This document shows positions 1 through 10,526 of a stretch of DNA of 64,000 bases, one piece after another. The notes beneath the pieces were generated by a model. The model was given only the letters and a program-made list of their open reading frames with translations, had not been told where the DNA came from and ran no database searches. Origin of the DNA: an uncultured delta proteobacterium (GTDB lineage: Bacteria > Desulfobacterota > Syntrophorhabdia > Syntrophorhabdales > WCHB1-27); NCBI GenBank assembly GCA_963810935.1, contig CAWEPK010000008.1:224001-288000 (forward strand), given 5' to 3'. Positions within the stretch are counted from its first letter, which is position 1; each line of letters opens with the position of its first letter. The translations under genes and the position numbers were made by a program.

Positions 1-1
1 G

Positions 2-1312
2 CAGCTCGGCATAGCGGTGGGCCAGCTCTATCCGCAACAACAGCAGGTGAACGCCGCCCTCCAGTATAATGGCCTGAGCAGCCATTCCACTTTCGGCACC
101 TTTCTGAGCAACGCTATCGGCACCTACTGGCAGGACCAGATAGGGGTCGGCGGCAACTGGGAGATCGACTTCTGGGGCAAGTTCCGGCGGGGCGTCGAGT
201 CGGCCGATGCGAGCCTTCTGGCAAGCGTGGCAGACTACGACAACGCCATCGTCTCCCTCACGGCCGACGTCGCAACGAATTACATAACGATACGGATGTT
301 CGAAAAGCGCATCGAGATCGCGCTCAAGAACGTCGATACCCAGGTCCAGAACCTAAAGGTGGTCGAGGCGCGCCGGGAATTCGGCACTGCTACAGACAGG
401 GAAGTCGCGCAGGCTACGACCCAGCTCAAAGAAACGCAGGCTACGGTCCCGTCGTTCCAGATCCAGCTCCAGCAGGCGAAACACGCCCTGAGTATCCTTT
501 TGGGGGTTCCCCCCTCAAACCTGACGCAGGAGCTGTCCGGCTCGTCGGGCATACCGGTCCCCCCTGTGCAGGTCACCGTCGGCATCCCGGCAGACCTCAT
601 AAGGAGGCGGCCCGACATACGCGGCGCCGAGTACCGCGCGATGGCGCAGTGCGCTCAAATAGGCGTCGCCCGCTCGTATCTCTATCCCGCCTTCGCCCTC
701 TCCGGGGACTTCGGCTTCCTATCCACCAACATCGGCCGGTCGAGCCTCGGTGAGACATTCCAGTGGGGCAGCAGGAACTGGGTAGTCGGGCCGGGCATCA
801 CCTGGAACGTGCTCAACTACGGCCAGCTTACCAACAATGTGCGCCTTCAGGACGCGCGCTTTCAGGAGTTGCTTACTACTTATCAGAACACGGTCCTTAC
901 GGCCCAGCAGAACGTGGAGGACGCGATCGTGGCCTATTTAAGGTCGCAGGAAAGGGCGGAGCTGCTCGCGAGCAGCACGAGCGCGGCCCAGCGGTCGCTC
1001 GAGCTGGGCAGCCACCAGTATACATTTGGGACGACCGATTTCACGACGGTAATCGTCAGCTCGCAGTCGCTCTTGACCGAGCAGGATAATTTCGTAACGA
1101 CGCTCGGCGCCGTGGCGACCAACCTCGTCGCGATATACCGGGCCCTGGGAGGCGGCTGGGAGATAAGGGAAGGCAAGGACATTGTGCCTGCCGAGGTCAC
1201 GCAGGCGATGGCGAAGCGGACTAACTGGGGACACTTGCTCGAATTTGCGTCATATATGCCGCCGCCGGTACCCGAAAAAGAGCGCCTGCTCGTGAGGCCG
1301 CCCGACTGGTAA
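2..1312 (+). CDS. Efflux outer-membrane factor (NodT/OprM family), 5'-truncated by window edge
   Basis: Motifs WEIDFWGKFRR, PADLIRRRPDIR and YRALGGGW. Frame is open upstream of the GTG at 17. Lies upstream of MFP and RND genes. Confidence 0.92.
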   Translation, partial: QLGIAVGQLYPQQQQVNAALQYNGLSSHSTFGTFLSNAIGTYWQDQIGVGGNWEIDFWGKFRRGVESADASLLASVADYDNAIVSLTADVATNYITIRMFEKRIEIALKNVDTQVQNLKVVEARREFGTATDREVAQATTQLKETQATVPSFQIQLQQAKHALSILLGVPPSNLTQELSGSSGIPVPPVQVTVGIPADLIRRRPDIRGAEYRAMAQCAQIGVARSYLYPAFALSGDFGFLSTNIGRSSLGETFQWGSRNWVVGPGITWNVLNYGQLTNNVRLQDARFQELLTTYQNTVLTAQQNVEDAIVAYLRSQERAELLASSTSAAQRSLELGSHQYTFGTTDFTTVIVSSQSLLTEQDNFVTTLGAVATNLVAIYRALGGGWEIREGKDIVPAEVTQAMAKRTNWGHLLEFASYMPPPVPEKERLLVRPPDW

Positions 1313-1323
1313 GGCAGGAGGCG

Positions 1324-2545
1324 ATGCAGCACCCGTTGGCAGAACACAAGGGGACGGGAACATCCATGAAAAACATGAGGCAGGCATACACCGGAGACAA
1401 TCGGACGCAGCGGGCGCGGGGCCGCCGGGCTATCGTCTGGGCCGCTGCCGTGCTTCTCTGCGCGGCCCTCCTGCCGTCATGCAAAGGAAAACCGCCGCCC
1501 CCTCCCCCGCCACCGGCCGTCACGGTCGTCCAGCCGGTCGAGCGCCTCATCACCGATTACATCGAAACGACAGGCAGCACCCAGGCCATCCTGACCGTCC
1601 AGCTCCGCGCACGCGTAGCCGGCTACCTCGAGAAGGTCCTCTTCCAGGACGGCCAGTTCGTGCACGTTGGGCAGCTCCTTTTCGTGATACAGCAAAACAC
1701 CTATCGGGACGCCCTGGCGCAGGCAGAGGCTTCCATATCGTTTCAGACCGCGCAGGCTCGAATACGCCACCGCCCAGTTCAACCGCTACTCGGAGCTTTT
1801 TCTTCGCAAGGCGGCAGCCCAGTCGGACGTAGATAACTGGCGGTTCCAGAGGGACTCCGCCAGGGCCAACCTGCTGAGCGCGCGGGCCGCCCGCGACCTG
1901 GCCGCCCTTAACCTGGAATATACGGAAGTGCGCTCACCCTTCGACGGCAGGGTGGACAGGAGGCTGGTCGATCCCGGAAACCTCGTAGGGTCGAGCGAGG
2001 TGACGGTGCTGACGACGGTCAACAAGATCGACCCCATATATACGTACTTTACGATCAGCGAATCCGACCTGGCCCGGCTCACCGGCGCACGCTGGAGGCC
2101 GGGAAAGGCACGGGCCGAAAAGTGGCCCGTCCTGATAGGCACCATGAGCGAGCGGGGCTACCCCTACAAGGGAGTGCTCGACTTCGCTTCCATCAGCATG
2201 ACGGCTACGTCAGGGACATTGCAGATGCGCGGCATCTTCCCCAACCCGGAAGGACTTCTGGCCGCAGGCGCCTACGCCAGGGTCCGCGTCCCACTGTCGC
2301 AGAAAAAGGCGCTCCTTGTGCCGCAGGAAGCCGTCGGCTCCGACCAGCGGGGCTTCTTCCTGCTCGTCGTCGATGCGGACAATACCGTGGAGCGCAGGTA
2401 CGTCACGGTAGGTACGGAAGTTGACGGCATGAGGGCCATAGCGAAGGGCCTAGCCATCCAGGAGTGGGTCGTCACCAGCGGCCTTCAGAAGGCGATCCCC
2501 GGCCGTAAAGTGACGCCGCAAAAGGCGGGCGGGCGCCAGCCGTGA
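1324..2545 (+). pseudogene. RND periplasmic adaptor (MFP), split by a +1 frameshift at ~1755-1756 (real lesion or sequencing error)
   Basis: ORF 1324-1836 has a lipobox-like LLPSC and VQLRARVAGYL. ORF 1928-2545 has RSPFDGRVDRRLVDPGNLV. Removing one G from gcgcaGGctcgaatac gives continuous AQLEYATAQFNRYSEL...LNLEYTEVRSPFDG. Confidence 0.88.
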
Positions 2546-5500
2546 TCTCCACATTTTTCATCGACCGCCCCATTCTGGCGAACGTCCTCGCCGTCATTAC
2601 CATCATCATCGGCGTCATAAGCTATATCCGGCTTCCCGTGGAGCAGTATCCGCCCATCACCCCGCCTACCATACAGGTGACGACGAGGTATCCCGGAGCG
2701 AGCGCCTCCGTCGTCGCGGAGACGATAGGTGTGCCCCTGGAGCAGGCAGTCAACGGCGTGGAGCGCTCCATTTACATGCTCTCCACCAGCGGAAGCGACG
2801 GCTCCTACACGCTGACAGTAACGTTCGACATCGGGACCGACCTCGACAAGTCGCTCACCCTCGTGCAGAACGCGGTAAGCACCGCCCTGGCACAGCTCCC
2901 CGGCAGCGTTACCTTACAGGGCGTCAGCGTTAAGAAGGTCTCGACGAATATTCTTTTGGTCGTGAGCCTCTATTCAGAAGACAACCACTACGATGAAGCC
3001 TTTCTGTCCAATTACGGCCAGATCAACATGCAGTACCCCCTTGCGAGGCTGCCCGGCATTGGCCTGGTGAGGGTCTTCGGCGCGGGCCAGTACAGTATGC
3101 GCGTCTGGCTCGACCCCAACAGGCTCAGGCAGTTCAACCTGACAGCCGCCGACGTCCTCAATGCCGTAGGCGACCAGAACGTACAGCTTACCGCAGGGCA
3201 GATCGGCGCGCCGCCGACGGCCAACGAGCAGGCGTTTCAGCTTACGATCAACAGCCTCGGCAGGCTTTCGGACGCGAGACAGTTCGAAGACATCATAGTG
3301 AAGAGCGACACCAGCGGCCCCAGCGCCCAGATCGTCCGCATCCGGGACCTCGGTCACGTGGAGCTGGGCCAGCAAACGTACGCCGTCTACAGCAGCGCCC
3401 GAGGCAAGAAGTCCGCGGAGATCGTTGTCTTCGCGCTGCCGGAGGCGAACGCCATAGCCGTGGCGGACAGCGTCTACAAGATGGTGGACTCGATGAGCAA
3501 GGACTTCCCGGAGGGGCTGAAATACGGCATACACTTCGATACGACGAAATTCGTCCGGGAGTCCGTGTCGAAGGTGTACGAGACGCTCATCGAGGCAGGC
3601 ATACTGGTCCTCCTCGTCATCATGGTCTTCCTGCAGAATTTCAGGGCCCTCCTCGTCCCCGCGACTACGGTGCCCGTCACGATCGTAGGCGCTTTCGGGG
3701 CGATGATAGCCCTCGGCTTCACGATCAACCTGATGACGCTTTTCGCGCTGGTGCTGGCCATCGGGATCGTTGTTGACGACGCCATCGTGATCGTCGAGAA
3801 CAGCTCGTACTACATCGAGAAGGGGCTTTCGCCCCGGGACGCGGCGGTCAAGGCCATGAGCGAGCTTACGGGCCCCATCATGGGCATCACCATGGCCCTT
3901 GTCTCGGTATTCCTGCCGGCAGCCTTCCTGCCCGGCATCACCGGCCAGATTTTCAAGCAGTTCGCGCTGGTCATCGCGGCCACCTCGGTCATCAGCGCCA
4001 TCAACGCGCTGACGCTGAAGCCCGCCCAGTGCGCACTCTGGCTGCGCCAAAGGAAGCAGAAGCCGCCGAACTGGTTCAATAGGGGTTTCACGAGGATGTA
4101 CGAGGGGATGAGGCGCCCCTATATGGGCATGGTGAGGCGGATGGTCGGCCGGCCGGTCCTCTCCGTCGTAATCTTCGGCCTTGTCATCGCAGTCGCCTTC
4201 TTCGCCTTCACCCGGCGCCCGACAGGTTTTCTCCCCACCGAAGACCAGGGCTACGCCATCCTCCTGGCCCGCTTGCCGGACGCCGCCTCGCAGCCGAGGC
4301 TGCAGCGCGTCTCCGCTCAGATAGAGGCCATACTGCACAAGACGCCCGGCGTCGCGAGCTGGGTCGATATAGGCGGCTACTCCGTCCTGGACAGCGCTAA
4401 TGTCTCCACCGACATCACCGTCTTCGTCGTTTACGAGGATTGGAGCAAACGAGGTCGCCGCCTGAACCAGGATGCTATTATTTCCGGTCTCAACCGCGAC
4501 CTGGCGGGGATAAAGGACGCAGTCGCCTTCGTCGTAGTGCCGCCGCCGATCAGGGGGCTCGGACAATCAGGGGGCTTCCAGATCATGGTCGAAGACAGGG
4601 GGAACGCGGGACTTGAGGCCTTACAGGACGCCACCGCCTCCTTTGTCGGGGCAGGCAACAAGACAGCGGGGCTTCAGGGTCTTACGACTACCTTCGACGC
4701 CCACAGCCCGCAGATATACCTCGATATAGACAGGACCAAGGCACAGGCGTTCAACGTCCCTCTGGGGAACGTCTTCCAGACCCTGACCGGTTACGTCGGC
4801 TCCTCGTTCGTCAACCTCTTCAACAAATTCAACCAGATATACCAGGTATACATACAGGCGAACGACCCGTACCGTAAAACGGTCGATGATATAGGCAACC
4901 TTTACACGAGGAACGCGCAGGGGCAGATGGTGCCGCTGGGCAGCATCCTCCAGGCGCGGCGCACGATGGGGTCGGAGCTGATAACCCGCTACAACCTGTA
5001 CCCTGCCGCCTCCGTTTTCGGCTCTGCCGCTACCGGCTTCAGCTCGGGCCAGGCGATCACGAGCATGGAGCAGATCGCGGGACATGCCCTGCCCTCCGGC
5101 TTTTCTTATGAATGGACGGCCACTTCCTATCAGGAGAAAAAGGTCGGCTACGAGCCCTATTTCATTTACGCCCTCTCCGTCGTGCTCGTTTTTATGGTGC
5201 TGGCCGCGCTTTACGAAAGCTGGACCTCCCCTGCGGCCGTGCTCCTTGCCGTCCCCATGGCGCTCGTCGGCGTCCTTCTCGGCCTCATCGTCAGAGGCTA
5301 CGACAACAACATCTACACGCAGATCGGCCTGGTCCTGATGATCGCCCTTGCGAGCAAAAATGCCATCCTTGTCGTAGAGTTCGCCCGCGACCTCCGGAAG
5401 GAAGGCTTGTCCGTCAAGGAGGCCGCCATAGAAGCGACGGACCGCCGCTTCCGCCCCATCGTCATGACCTCTTTCGCCTTCATCCTTGGCGTCGCCCCAC

Positions 5501-5697
5501 TCCTTTTCGCCTTCGGCGCGGGCGCAGTGAGCCAGAGGGCCATCGGCACCGTCGTCTTCGGCGGTATGTGCGCCTCCACCCTCCTAGCCATCCCCTTCGT
5601 CCCCGTCTTCTTCGTCCTCATGCAGGGTTTGAGTGAACGGAAACAGAAAAATAAGCAACCACCGAGTCCCTCACCGAATCAAGACAGACCCTTATAA
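2542..5697 (+). CDS. HAE1-family RND efflux permease (AcrB/MexF-like)
   Basis: 1051 aa; FFIDRPI, GIVVDDAIVIVEN, KNAILVVEFA, RFRPIVMTS. Confidence 0.95.
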   Translation: MISTFFIDRPILANVLAVITIIIGVISYIRLPVEQYPPITPPTIQVTTRYPGASASVVAETIGVPLEQAVNGVERSIYMLSTSGSDGSYTLTVTFDIGTDLDKSLTLVQNAVSTALAQLPGSVTLQGVSVKKVSTNILLVVSLYSEDNHYDEAFLSNYGQINMQYPLARLPGIGLVRVFGAGQYSMRVWLDPNRLRQFNLTAADVLNAVGDQNVQLTAGQIGAPPTANEQAFQLTINSLGRLSDARQFEDIIVKSDTSGPSAQIVRIRDLGHVELGQQTYAVYSSARGKKSAEIVVFALPEANAIAVADSVYKMVDSMSKDFPEGLKYGIHFDTTKFVRESVSKVYETLIEAGILVLLVIMVFLQNFRALLVPATTVPVTIVGAFGAMIALGFTINLMTLFALVLAIGIVVDDAIVIVENSSYYIEKGLSPRDAAVKAMSELTGPIMGITMALVSVFLPAAFLPGITGQIFKQFALVIAATSVISAINALTLKPAQCALWLRQRKQKPPNWFNRGFTRMYEGMRRPYMGMVRRMVGRPVLSVVIFGLVIAVAFFAFTRRPTGFLPTEDQGYAILLARLPDAASQPRLQRVSAQIEAILHKTPGVASWVDIGGYSVLDSANVSTDITVFVVYEDWSKRGRRLNQDAIISGLNRDLAGIKDAVAFVVVPPPIRGLGQSGGFQIMVEDRGNAGLEALQDATASFVGAGNKTAGLQGLTTTFDAHSPQIYLDIDRTKAQAFNVPLGNVFQTLTGYVGSSFVNLFNKFNQIYQVYIQANDPYRKTVDDIGNLYTRNAQGQMVPLGSILQARRTMGSELITRYNLYPAASVFGSAATGFSSGQAITSMEQIAGHALPSGFSYEWTATSYQEKKVGYEPYFIYALSVVLVFMVLAALYESWTSPAAVLLAVPMALVGVLLGLIVRGYDNNIYTQIGLVLMIALASKNAILVVEFARDLRKEGLSVKEAAIEATDRRFRPIVMTSFAFILGVAPLLFAFGAGAVSQRAIGTVVFGGMCASTLLAIPFVPVFFVLMQGLSERKQKNKQPPSPSPNQDRPL

Positions 5698-5770
5698 GTT
5701 ACTTTAACGATGTGCCACAGTTAATTGTATTTGTTAGTCTTTAGACAGGTCGATCTATAGCGGCAAGTAT

Positions 5771-5872
5771 GGCGATGCAAATTTGGTGAAGCGCGAGGTT
5801 CGAGGCGCGAAGGCGTACTTTTTTGTACGTCGAAGCGTCGCGGACCGAAGCGCTACGCCAAAGATGCGCGCC
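5771..5872. repeat. Long imperfect hairpin with AGGCGTACTYTTTTGTACGTCGA apical core (family A, copy 1)
   Basis: Arm pairings tttggtg/cgccaaa, agcgc/gcgct, ggttcg/cggacc. Core 5811-5833 matches 49751-49773 at 22/23 nt. Lies between convergent genes. Confidence 0.7.
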
Positions 5873-5890
5873 AGACGCCGCCACACCCAC

Positions 5891-7378
5891 CTATACCTTT
5901 GGTAGCTGCCCCGCGTCCCAACTGCCGCCCATCGCTTCGATCAACAACACCGCCGCCGTCATCCTCCGCCCCAGTATATTCATTGCGGTTATCCTGTTGC
6001 TCAACACCGTCGTCTGCGCCACGATCACGCTGACGTAGGCTACCGTCCCCTGCTTGTATTGGTTCGTGATGATCGCGAGCGACTGCTCGGCCGCCTTGAC
6101 CGCCTCGTCCTGCACGGCCGCCTCCTGCTCCAGTATCCGCAGGGCGGCAAGGTTATCCTCGACCTCCTGGAAGGCCGTGAGCACGGTCTGCCGGTACGTC
6201 GCGACCGTTGCGTCGTATGCGGCCCTCGCCTGCGCGGTCCGGGCCTTCCTCAGGCCGCCGTCATAAACGAGCTGCGAGACTGCGGGGCCGACGGACCAGA
6301 AACGCATGGGCCACGTGAGCCATTGCGACAGGTCCGTGCTCAGGAAGCCCCCGGACCCGCCGATGGTCAGCGCGGGATAGTAGGCTGCGACTGCGACGCC
6401 GATCTGCGCGTTCGCCGCAGCCATGTTCCTCTCGGCGGTCGCCACGTCCGGCCTTCTCTCAAGCAGTGCGGAAGGCACGCCGACGGGCACGGGGGGCGGC
6501 AGCGCGGAGATAGGCGAGAAGGGGATCGAGAAGTTGGCGGGCGGCCTGCCCGTCAGCAGCGCAATGGCGTGCTCCAACTGGGCGCGCTGGACGCCCACGT
6601 CTATCTCCTGGGCGATGGTCGTCTTGAGCTGGGTTTCCGCCTGGAGCACATCGGCCCTCGACGACACGCCGGAGTTGTACTTGTTCTCTGTGAGCTGCAG
6701 GGTCTTGCGATACGCCTCCACGGTCTCGTGGAGGATCGCCTTTTGCGCGTCCAGCGTGCGGAGCTGGAAATAGTCCTGGGCGACCTGCGCATGCGCGCTT
6801 AAGCGGACGTTCTCAAGGAGAGCGGCGCTCGCCTGGGCGCTTGCGCGGTTCGACTCGACATTGCGCCGCACGAGGCCCCAGACGTCGGGCACCCACGAGG
6901 CGGTAGCCGGAAGGGAATAGATGTTGACGTCGGCGGCGGTCGTGCTGGATGCGGCCGAGGCGCTCGCTGATGCCGTACCCGTCGAGCGGTAGAGCCGCGT
7001 GGCGGCGGGGCTAATACTCGCCGTGGGGAAATAGGAGGCCCGGGCTACCGCCACGAGAGCGACGGCCTGCCGGAAGTTCGCCGCGGCACTCGCGATGTTC
7101 TGGTTAGTGATATCCACCTGGTCTTGCAGAGCGGACAACTCAGAGTTAGTGAATATCTCCCACCACTTGCCGCGCAGCAGGTCTTCTCTCGGCTCCGCCT
7201 GCTTCCATCCATCCATCTCCTTGAACGTCTCCTGCATCGGCGCCGTCGGCCTTACGTAGTCCGGCCCCACAGTGCACGAAGCCAGACCGAAGAGCAAAAC
7301 GAGCACAAACGCCCCCGCCTGCCGCACCATTCGGGCGCGTGTCTCTCTTGTAGTCTTTATTCTCTTATCGCGTATCAT
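5891..7378 (-). CDS. Efflux outer-membrane lipoprotein (NodT family)
   Basis: Lipobox LASC-TVGPDY, PSALLERRPDVA, EAMGGSW. ATG at 7378 is preceded by GAGGTG. Confidence 0.93.
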   Translation of the reverse strand: MIRDKRIKTTRETRARMVRQAGAFVLVLLFGLASCTVGPDYVRPTAPMQETFKEMDGWKQAEPREDLLRGKWWEIFTNSELSALQDQVDITNQNIASAAANFRQAVALVAVARASYFPTASISPAATRLYRSTGTASASASAASSTTAADVNIYSLPATASWVPDVWGLVRRNVESNRASAQASAALLENVRLSAHAQVAQDYFQLRTLDAQKAILHETVEAYRKTLQLTENKYNSGVSSRADVLQAETQLKTTIAQEIDVGVQRAQLEHAIALLTGRPPANFSIPFSPISALPPPVPVGVPSALLERRPDVATAERNMAAANAQIGVAVAAYYPALTIGGSGGFLSTDLSQWLTWPMRFWSVGPAVSQLVYDGGLRKARTAQARAAYDATVATYRQTVLTAFQEVEDNLAALRILEQEAAVQDEAVKAAEQSLAIITNQYKQGTVAYVSVIVAQTTVLSNRITAMNILGRRMTAAVLLIEAMGGSWDAGQLPKV

Positions 7379-10300
7379 CGACTTCACCTCTTGTAATGCT
7401 GACGCCCCCCCGGCCCCCTCTTGTAAACCGCCCTCTGAAGCCCCGCGCGCGGAGTGCCCTCAGCCTCAAGCGGAAACGGTCGAGGATGAGGTACATAGCC
7501 GGCGTCGTGTATAGCGTCAGCAACTGGCTGAAAATAAGTCCCCCCACGATCGATATGCCCAACGGGCGGCGCAACTCGGCCCCTACACCCGCCCCGACCG
7601 CAAGCGGCACAGCCCCAAGCAATGCGGCCATGGTCGTCATCATGATGGGCCTGAACCGCAAAAGGCACGCCTGGTAGATAGCGTCGATGGGCTCCATGCC
7701 CTGCCTGCGCTCCGCGTCTATGGCGAAGTCCACCATCATTATACCGTTCTTCTTAACGATGCCTATGAGCAGGATAATCCCTATGAAGGCGATGATCGTC
7801 AGGTCGGTCCTGAACACCAGCAGCGCGAGCATTGCGCCGACGCCGGCGGACGGCAGCGTGGACAGGATGGTGAGCGGGTGGACAAGGCTCTCGTAAAGGA
7901 TGCCGAGCACGATGTAGACGGTCACGAGTGCGGCCAGGATCAGTAAGGGTTCATTGGCCAGCGAGGCCTGGAACGCCTGGGCGGTGCCCATGAAGTTGCC
8001 CCTGACGCTCGCCGGTATGCCTACCTTGCGCGTGGCGTCCTCGATCTGCTGCACGGCCTCGCCCAGAGACTTACCCGGGGCGACGTTGAAGGAGATCGTT
8101 ACCGAGGGGTATTGTCCCTGGTGGTTGACTGCGAGCGACGTAGCGCGCCTCTCGAAATGCGTAAAAGCGGAAATAGGCACCATGTTTCCGGACGACCCGC
8201 GGACGTATATGTCGTGCAGCGTCTCGGGCCGCTGCCAATACTGGGGGCCGACCCCCATCACCACGTGGTACTGGTTGAGCTGCGTATACGTTATCGACAC
8301 CTGCCGCTGCCCGAACGCGTCATAGAGAACGTCGTCTATCGCCTGGGCCGTAATCCCCATCCTGGACGCGGTATCGCGGTCAATGACGAGGGTAGCCTCC
8401 AACCCCTTGTTCTGCTGGTCGCTGTTCACATCGACAAGGGCGGGCAGTGTCCGAATCCGCTGGTAGACCCTAGGCGCGTAGGAGACGAGGTCGCCGAGGT
8501 TGTCGCCCCATAGCGTGAACTGGTACATGGCGTTGCTCCGCCGGCCGCCGATTCGGAGGTCCTGGACGGGCACGAGATAGACGGGCGCCCCCGGTATCCG
8601 GGCGAGCTTCTTGCGCAGGCGGGCGATCACCGTCCCCACTGTCACTTTGCGCTGCGCAAAAGGCTTCAAGGTGATGAACATGTTAGCCGTGTTGGCGGCA
8701 GTACCGCCGCCTCCTCCACTGCCCGTATAGCCTCCGACCATATCGACTTCCGGGTCGGTGCGGATGATGTCCAGGACCTGCGTCAGTTTTCCTATCATCG
8801 ACTGGTATGATATATCCTGGTCCGCCTGAATGGTGCCGGAGATACGGCCGATGTCCTGCTCCGGGAAAAAGCCTTTCGGAAGCACGATGAAAAGAAAGAT
8901 GCTCGTGGCCACCGTCATGCCCATCACTATGAGCATCAGCCGGGCGTGGCCCAGCGCCCAGCGGAGGCTCACTTCGTACTTGCGGCGGAGCCAATTGAAG
9001 GTGTTTTCGCTTATCTCGTATGCGCGGCCGTGCCCGACGTCCTTACCGCTCCGGAGCACCGTGGCGCACATCATCGATGTGGTCGTCAGCGATACGGCCA
9101 TCGACACCAGAATTGCCGCCGAAAGCGTTACGGCAAACTCACGGAAGAGCCGGCCCACCATGCCGCCCATCATAAGGATGGGGATAAAGACCGCGACCAG
9201 CGAGAGGCTCATGGAGAGGACGGTGAACCCGATTTCCTTCGAGCCTATCAGCGCCGCCACCCTCGGCTTAACGCCCTGCTCGATGTGGCGAGTGACGTTC
9301 TCCAGCACGACGATGGCGTCGTCCACCACAAACCCGGTGGCTATGGTAAGGGCCATCAGAGACAGGTTATCGAGGTTATAGCCGAAAACGTACATGACGC
9401 CGAAGGTGCCGACGAGCGAAGCGGCGACTGCTACGGCAGGGATGATCGTCGAGCGCAGGTTGCGAAGGAAAACGAAGACGACTAAAATAACGAGGCCGAA
9501 GGAGATCAACAGGCTGATCTCCACGTCCCGCAGCGAGCCCCTGATCGGCGGGGTGCGGTCCTGAATTATGGAGAAATCGATCCCTCCCGGGAGAGAGGCC
9601 TGAAGCTGCGGCAGGATCGCTTTAACGCTGTCCACGGTGTCGATGATGTTCGCGTTCGGCTGGCGGAATATCACCACCATGACGGCGCGCTTGCCGTTGA
9701 CGAACCCGCCCGTCCTTACGTCCTCCACGGAATCCTGCACGGTGCCCACATCGGGCAGGCGCACCGCGGCCCCGGACCGGTACGCGACGATCACGGGCAT
9801 ATAATCGGCGGCCTTTGTAAGCTGGTCGTTTGTATGGATGTCCCAGGCTTGCTCCTTGTTCGATATCTGCCCCCTCGGCTGGTTGACGCTCGTCTGCTGC
9901 AAGACGCCGCGCACGTCGGCCAGCCCGATGCCGTACCGGTTCAGGGCGGTCGGGTTCAGGTCCACCCGCACGGCGGGCAGCGCGCCGCCGCCCACGAACA
10001 CCTGGCCCACGCCGGGCACCTGGGAAAGCTTCTGCATCATGATGCTGGAAGCCGCGTCGTACATCTTCGAGGCAGGGACATGGTCCGACGTAAGGGCCAC
10101 GATGAGTACGGGCGCGTCCGACGGGTTGACTTTACGGTACGTCGGCTGGCTCGGCAGGTTCGGCGGCAGGTAGCTCCTGGCCGCGTTGATCGCCGCCTGG
10201 ACGTCGCGGGCCGCGCCGTTTATATTCCGGTCGAGGTCGAATTGCAGCGTGATGCTCGTCGCCCCCCGGTTACTCACCGAAGTCATCTCCGTGACGCCCG

Positions 10301-10523
10301 CTATGCGGCCCAACTGGCGTTCCAGGGGGGTGGCCACCGATGTCGCCATCGTCTCCGGGTCCGCGCCGGGCAGCGTGGCCGCCACGAAGATTGTAGGGAA
10401 ATCGACCGCAGGCAGGGGAGAGACGGGCAGCATGTAGAAAGCCACGGCCCCGGCCAGGACAAGCCCTATGGTCAAAAGCGTAGTGGCAACGGGCCTTCCA
10501 ATAAAGGTAGAAGAGATGTTCAT
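7365..10523 (-). CDS. mdtC: Multidrug efflux RND permease MdtC-like
   Basis: FIGRPVATTLL, PVSPLPAVDFPTI, PLERQLGRIAGVTEMTS. Second of two tandem RND genes. Confidence 0.9.
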   Translation of the reverse strand: MNISSTFIGRPVATTLLTIGLVLAGAVAFYMLPVSPLPAVDFPTIFVAATLPGADPETMATSVATPLERQLGRIAGVTEMTSVSNRGATSITLQFDLDRNINGAARDVQAAINAARSYLPPNLPSQPTYRKVNPSDAPVLIVALTSDHVPASKMYDAASSIMMQKLSQVPGVGQVFVGGGALPAVRVDLNPTALNRYGIGLADVRGVLQQTSVNQPRGQISNKEQAWDIHTNDQLTKAADYMPVIVAYRSGAAVRLPDVGTVQDSVEDVRTGGFVNGKRAVMVVIFRQPNANIIDTVDSVKAILPQLQASLPGGIDFSIIQDRTPPIRGSLRDVEISLLISFGLVILVVFVFLRNLRSTIIPAVAVAASLVGTFGVMYVFGYNLDNLSLMALTIATGFVVDDAIVVLENVTRHIEQGVKPRVAALIGSKEIGFTVLSMSLSLVAVFIPILMMGGMVGRLFREFAVTLSAAILVSMAVSLTTTSMMCATVLRSGKDVGHGRAYEISENTFNWLRRKYEVSLRWALGHARLMLIVMGMTVATSIFLFIVLPKGFFPEQDIGRISGTIQADQDISYQSMIGKLTQVLDIIRTDPEVDMVGGYTGSGGGGGTAANTANMFITLKPFAQRKVTVGTVIARLRKKLARIPGAPVYLVPVQDLRIGGRRSNAMYQFTLWGDNLGDLVSYAPRVYQRIRTLPALVDVNSDQQNKGLEATLVIDRDTASRMGITAQAIDDVLYDAFGQRQVSITYTQLNQYHVVMGVGPQYWQRPETLHDIYVRGSSGNMVPISAFTHFERRATSLAVNHQGQYPSVTISFNVAPGKSLGEAVQQIEDATRKVGIPASVRGNFMGTAQAFQASLANEPLLILAALVTVYIVLGILYESLVHPLTILSTLPSAGVGAMLALLVFRTDLTIIAFIGIILLIGIVKKNGIMMVDFAIDAERRQGMEPIDAIYQACLLRFRPIMMTTMAALLGAVPLAVGAGVGAELRRPLGISIVGGLIFSQLLTLYTTPAMYLILDRFRLRLRALRARGFRGRFTRGGRGGVSITRGEVDDTR

Positions 10524-10526
10524 GGC

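Noticed and set aside
1490..1516. Poly-proline run in the MFP N-terminus
   Set aside because: An ordinary linker after the lipobox in adaptor proteins.
1741..1800. Programmed ribosomal frameshifting in the split genes
   Set aside because: No slippery heptamer at the shift sites, and these families are not known to use recoding.
2974..4566. Long antisense ORF (530 aa) and similar shadow ORFs (e.g. 13101-14294, 23185-24480, 33917-35098, 37005-38126, 44668-45873)
   Set aside because: They overlap well-supported genes on the opposite strand, have no recognisable motifs and are expected in GC-rich DNA.
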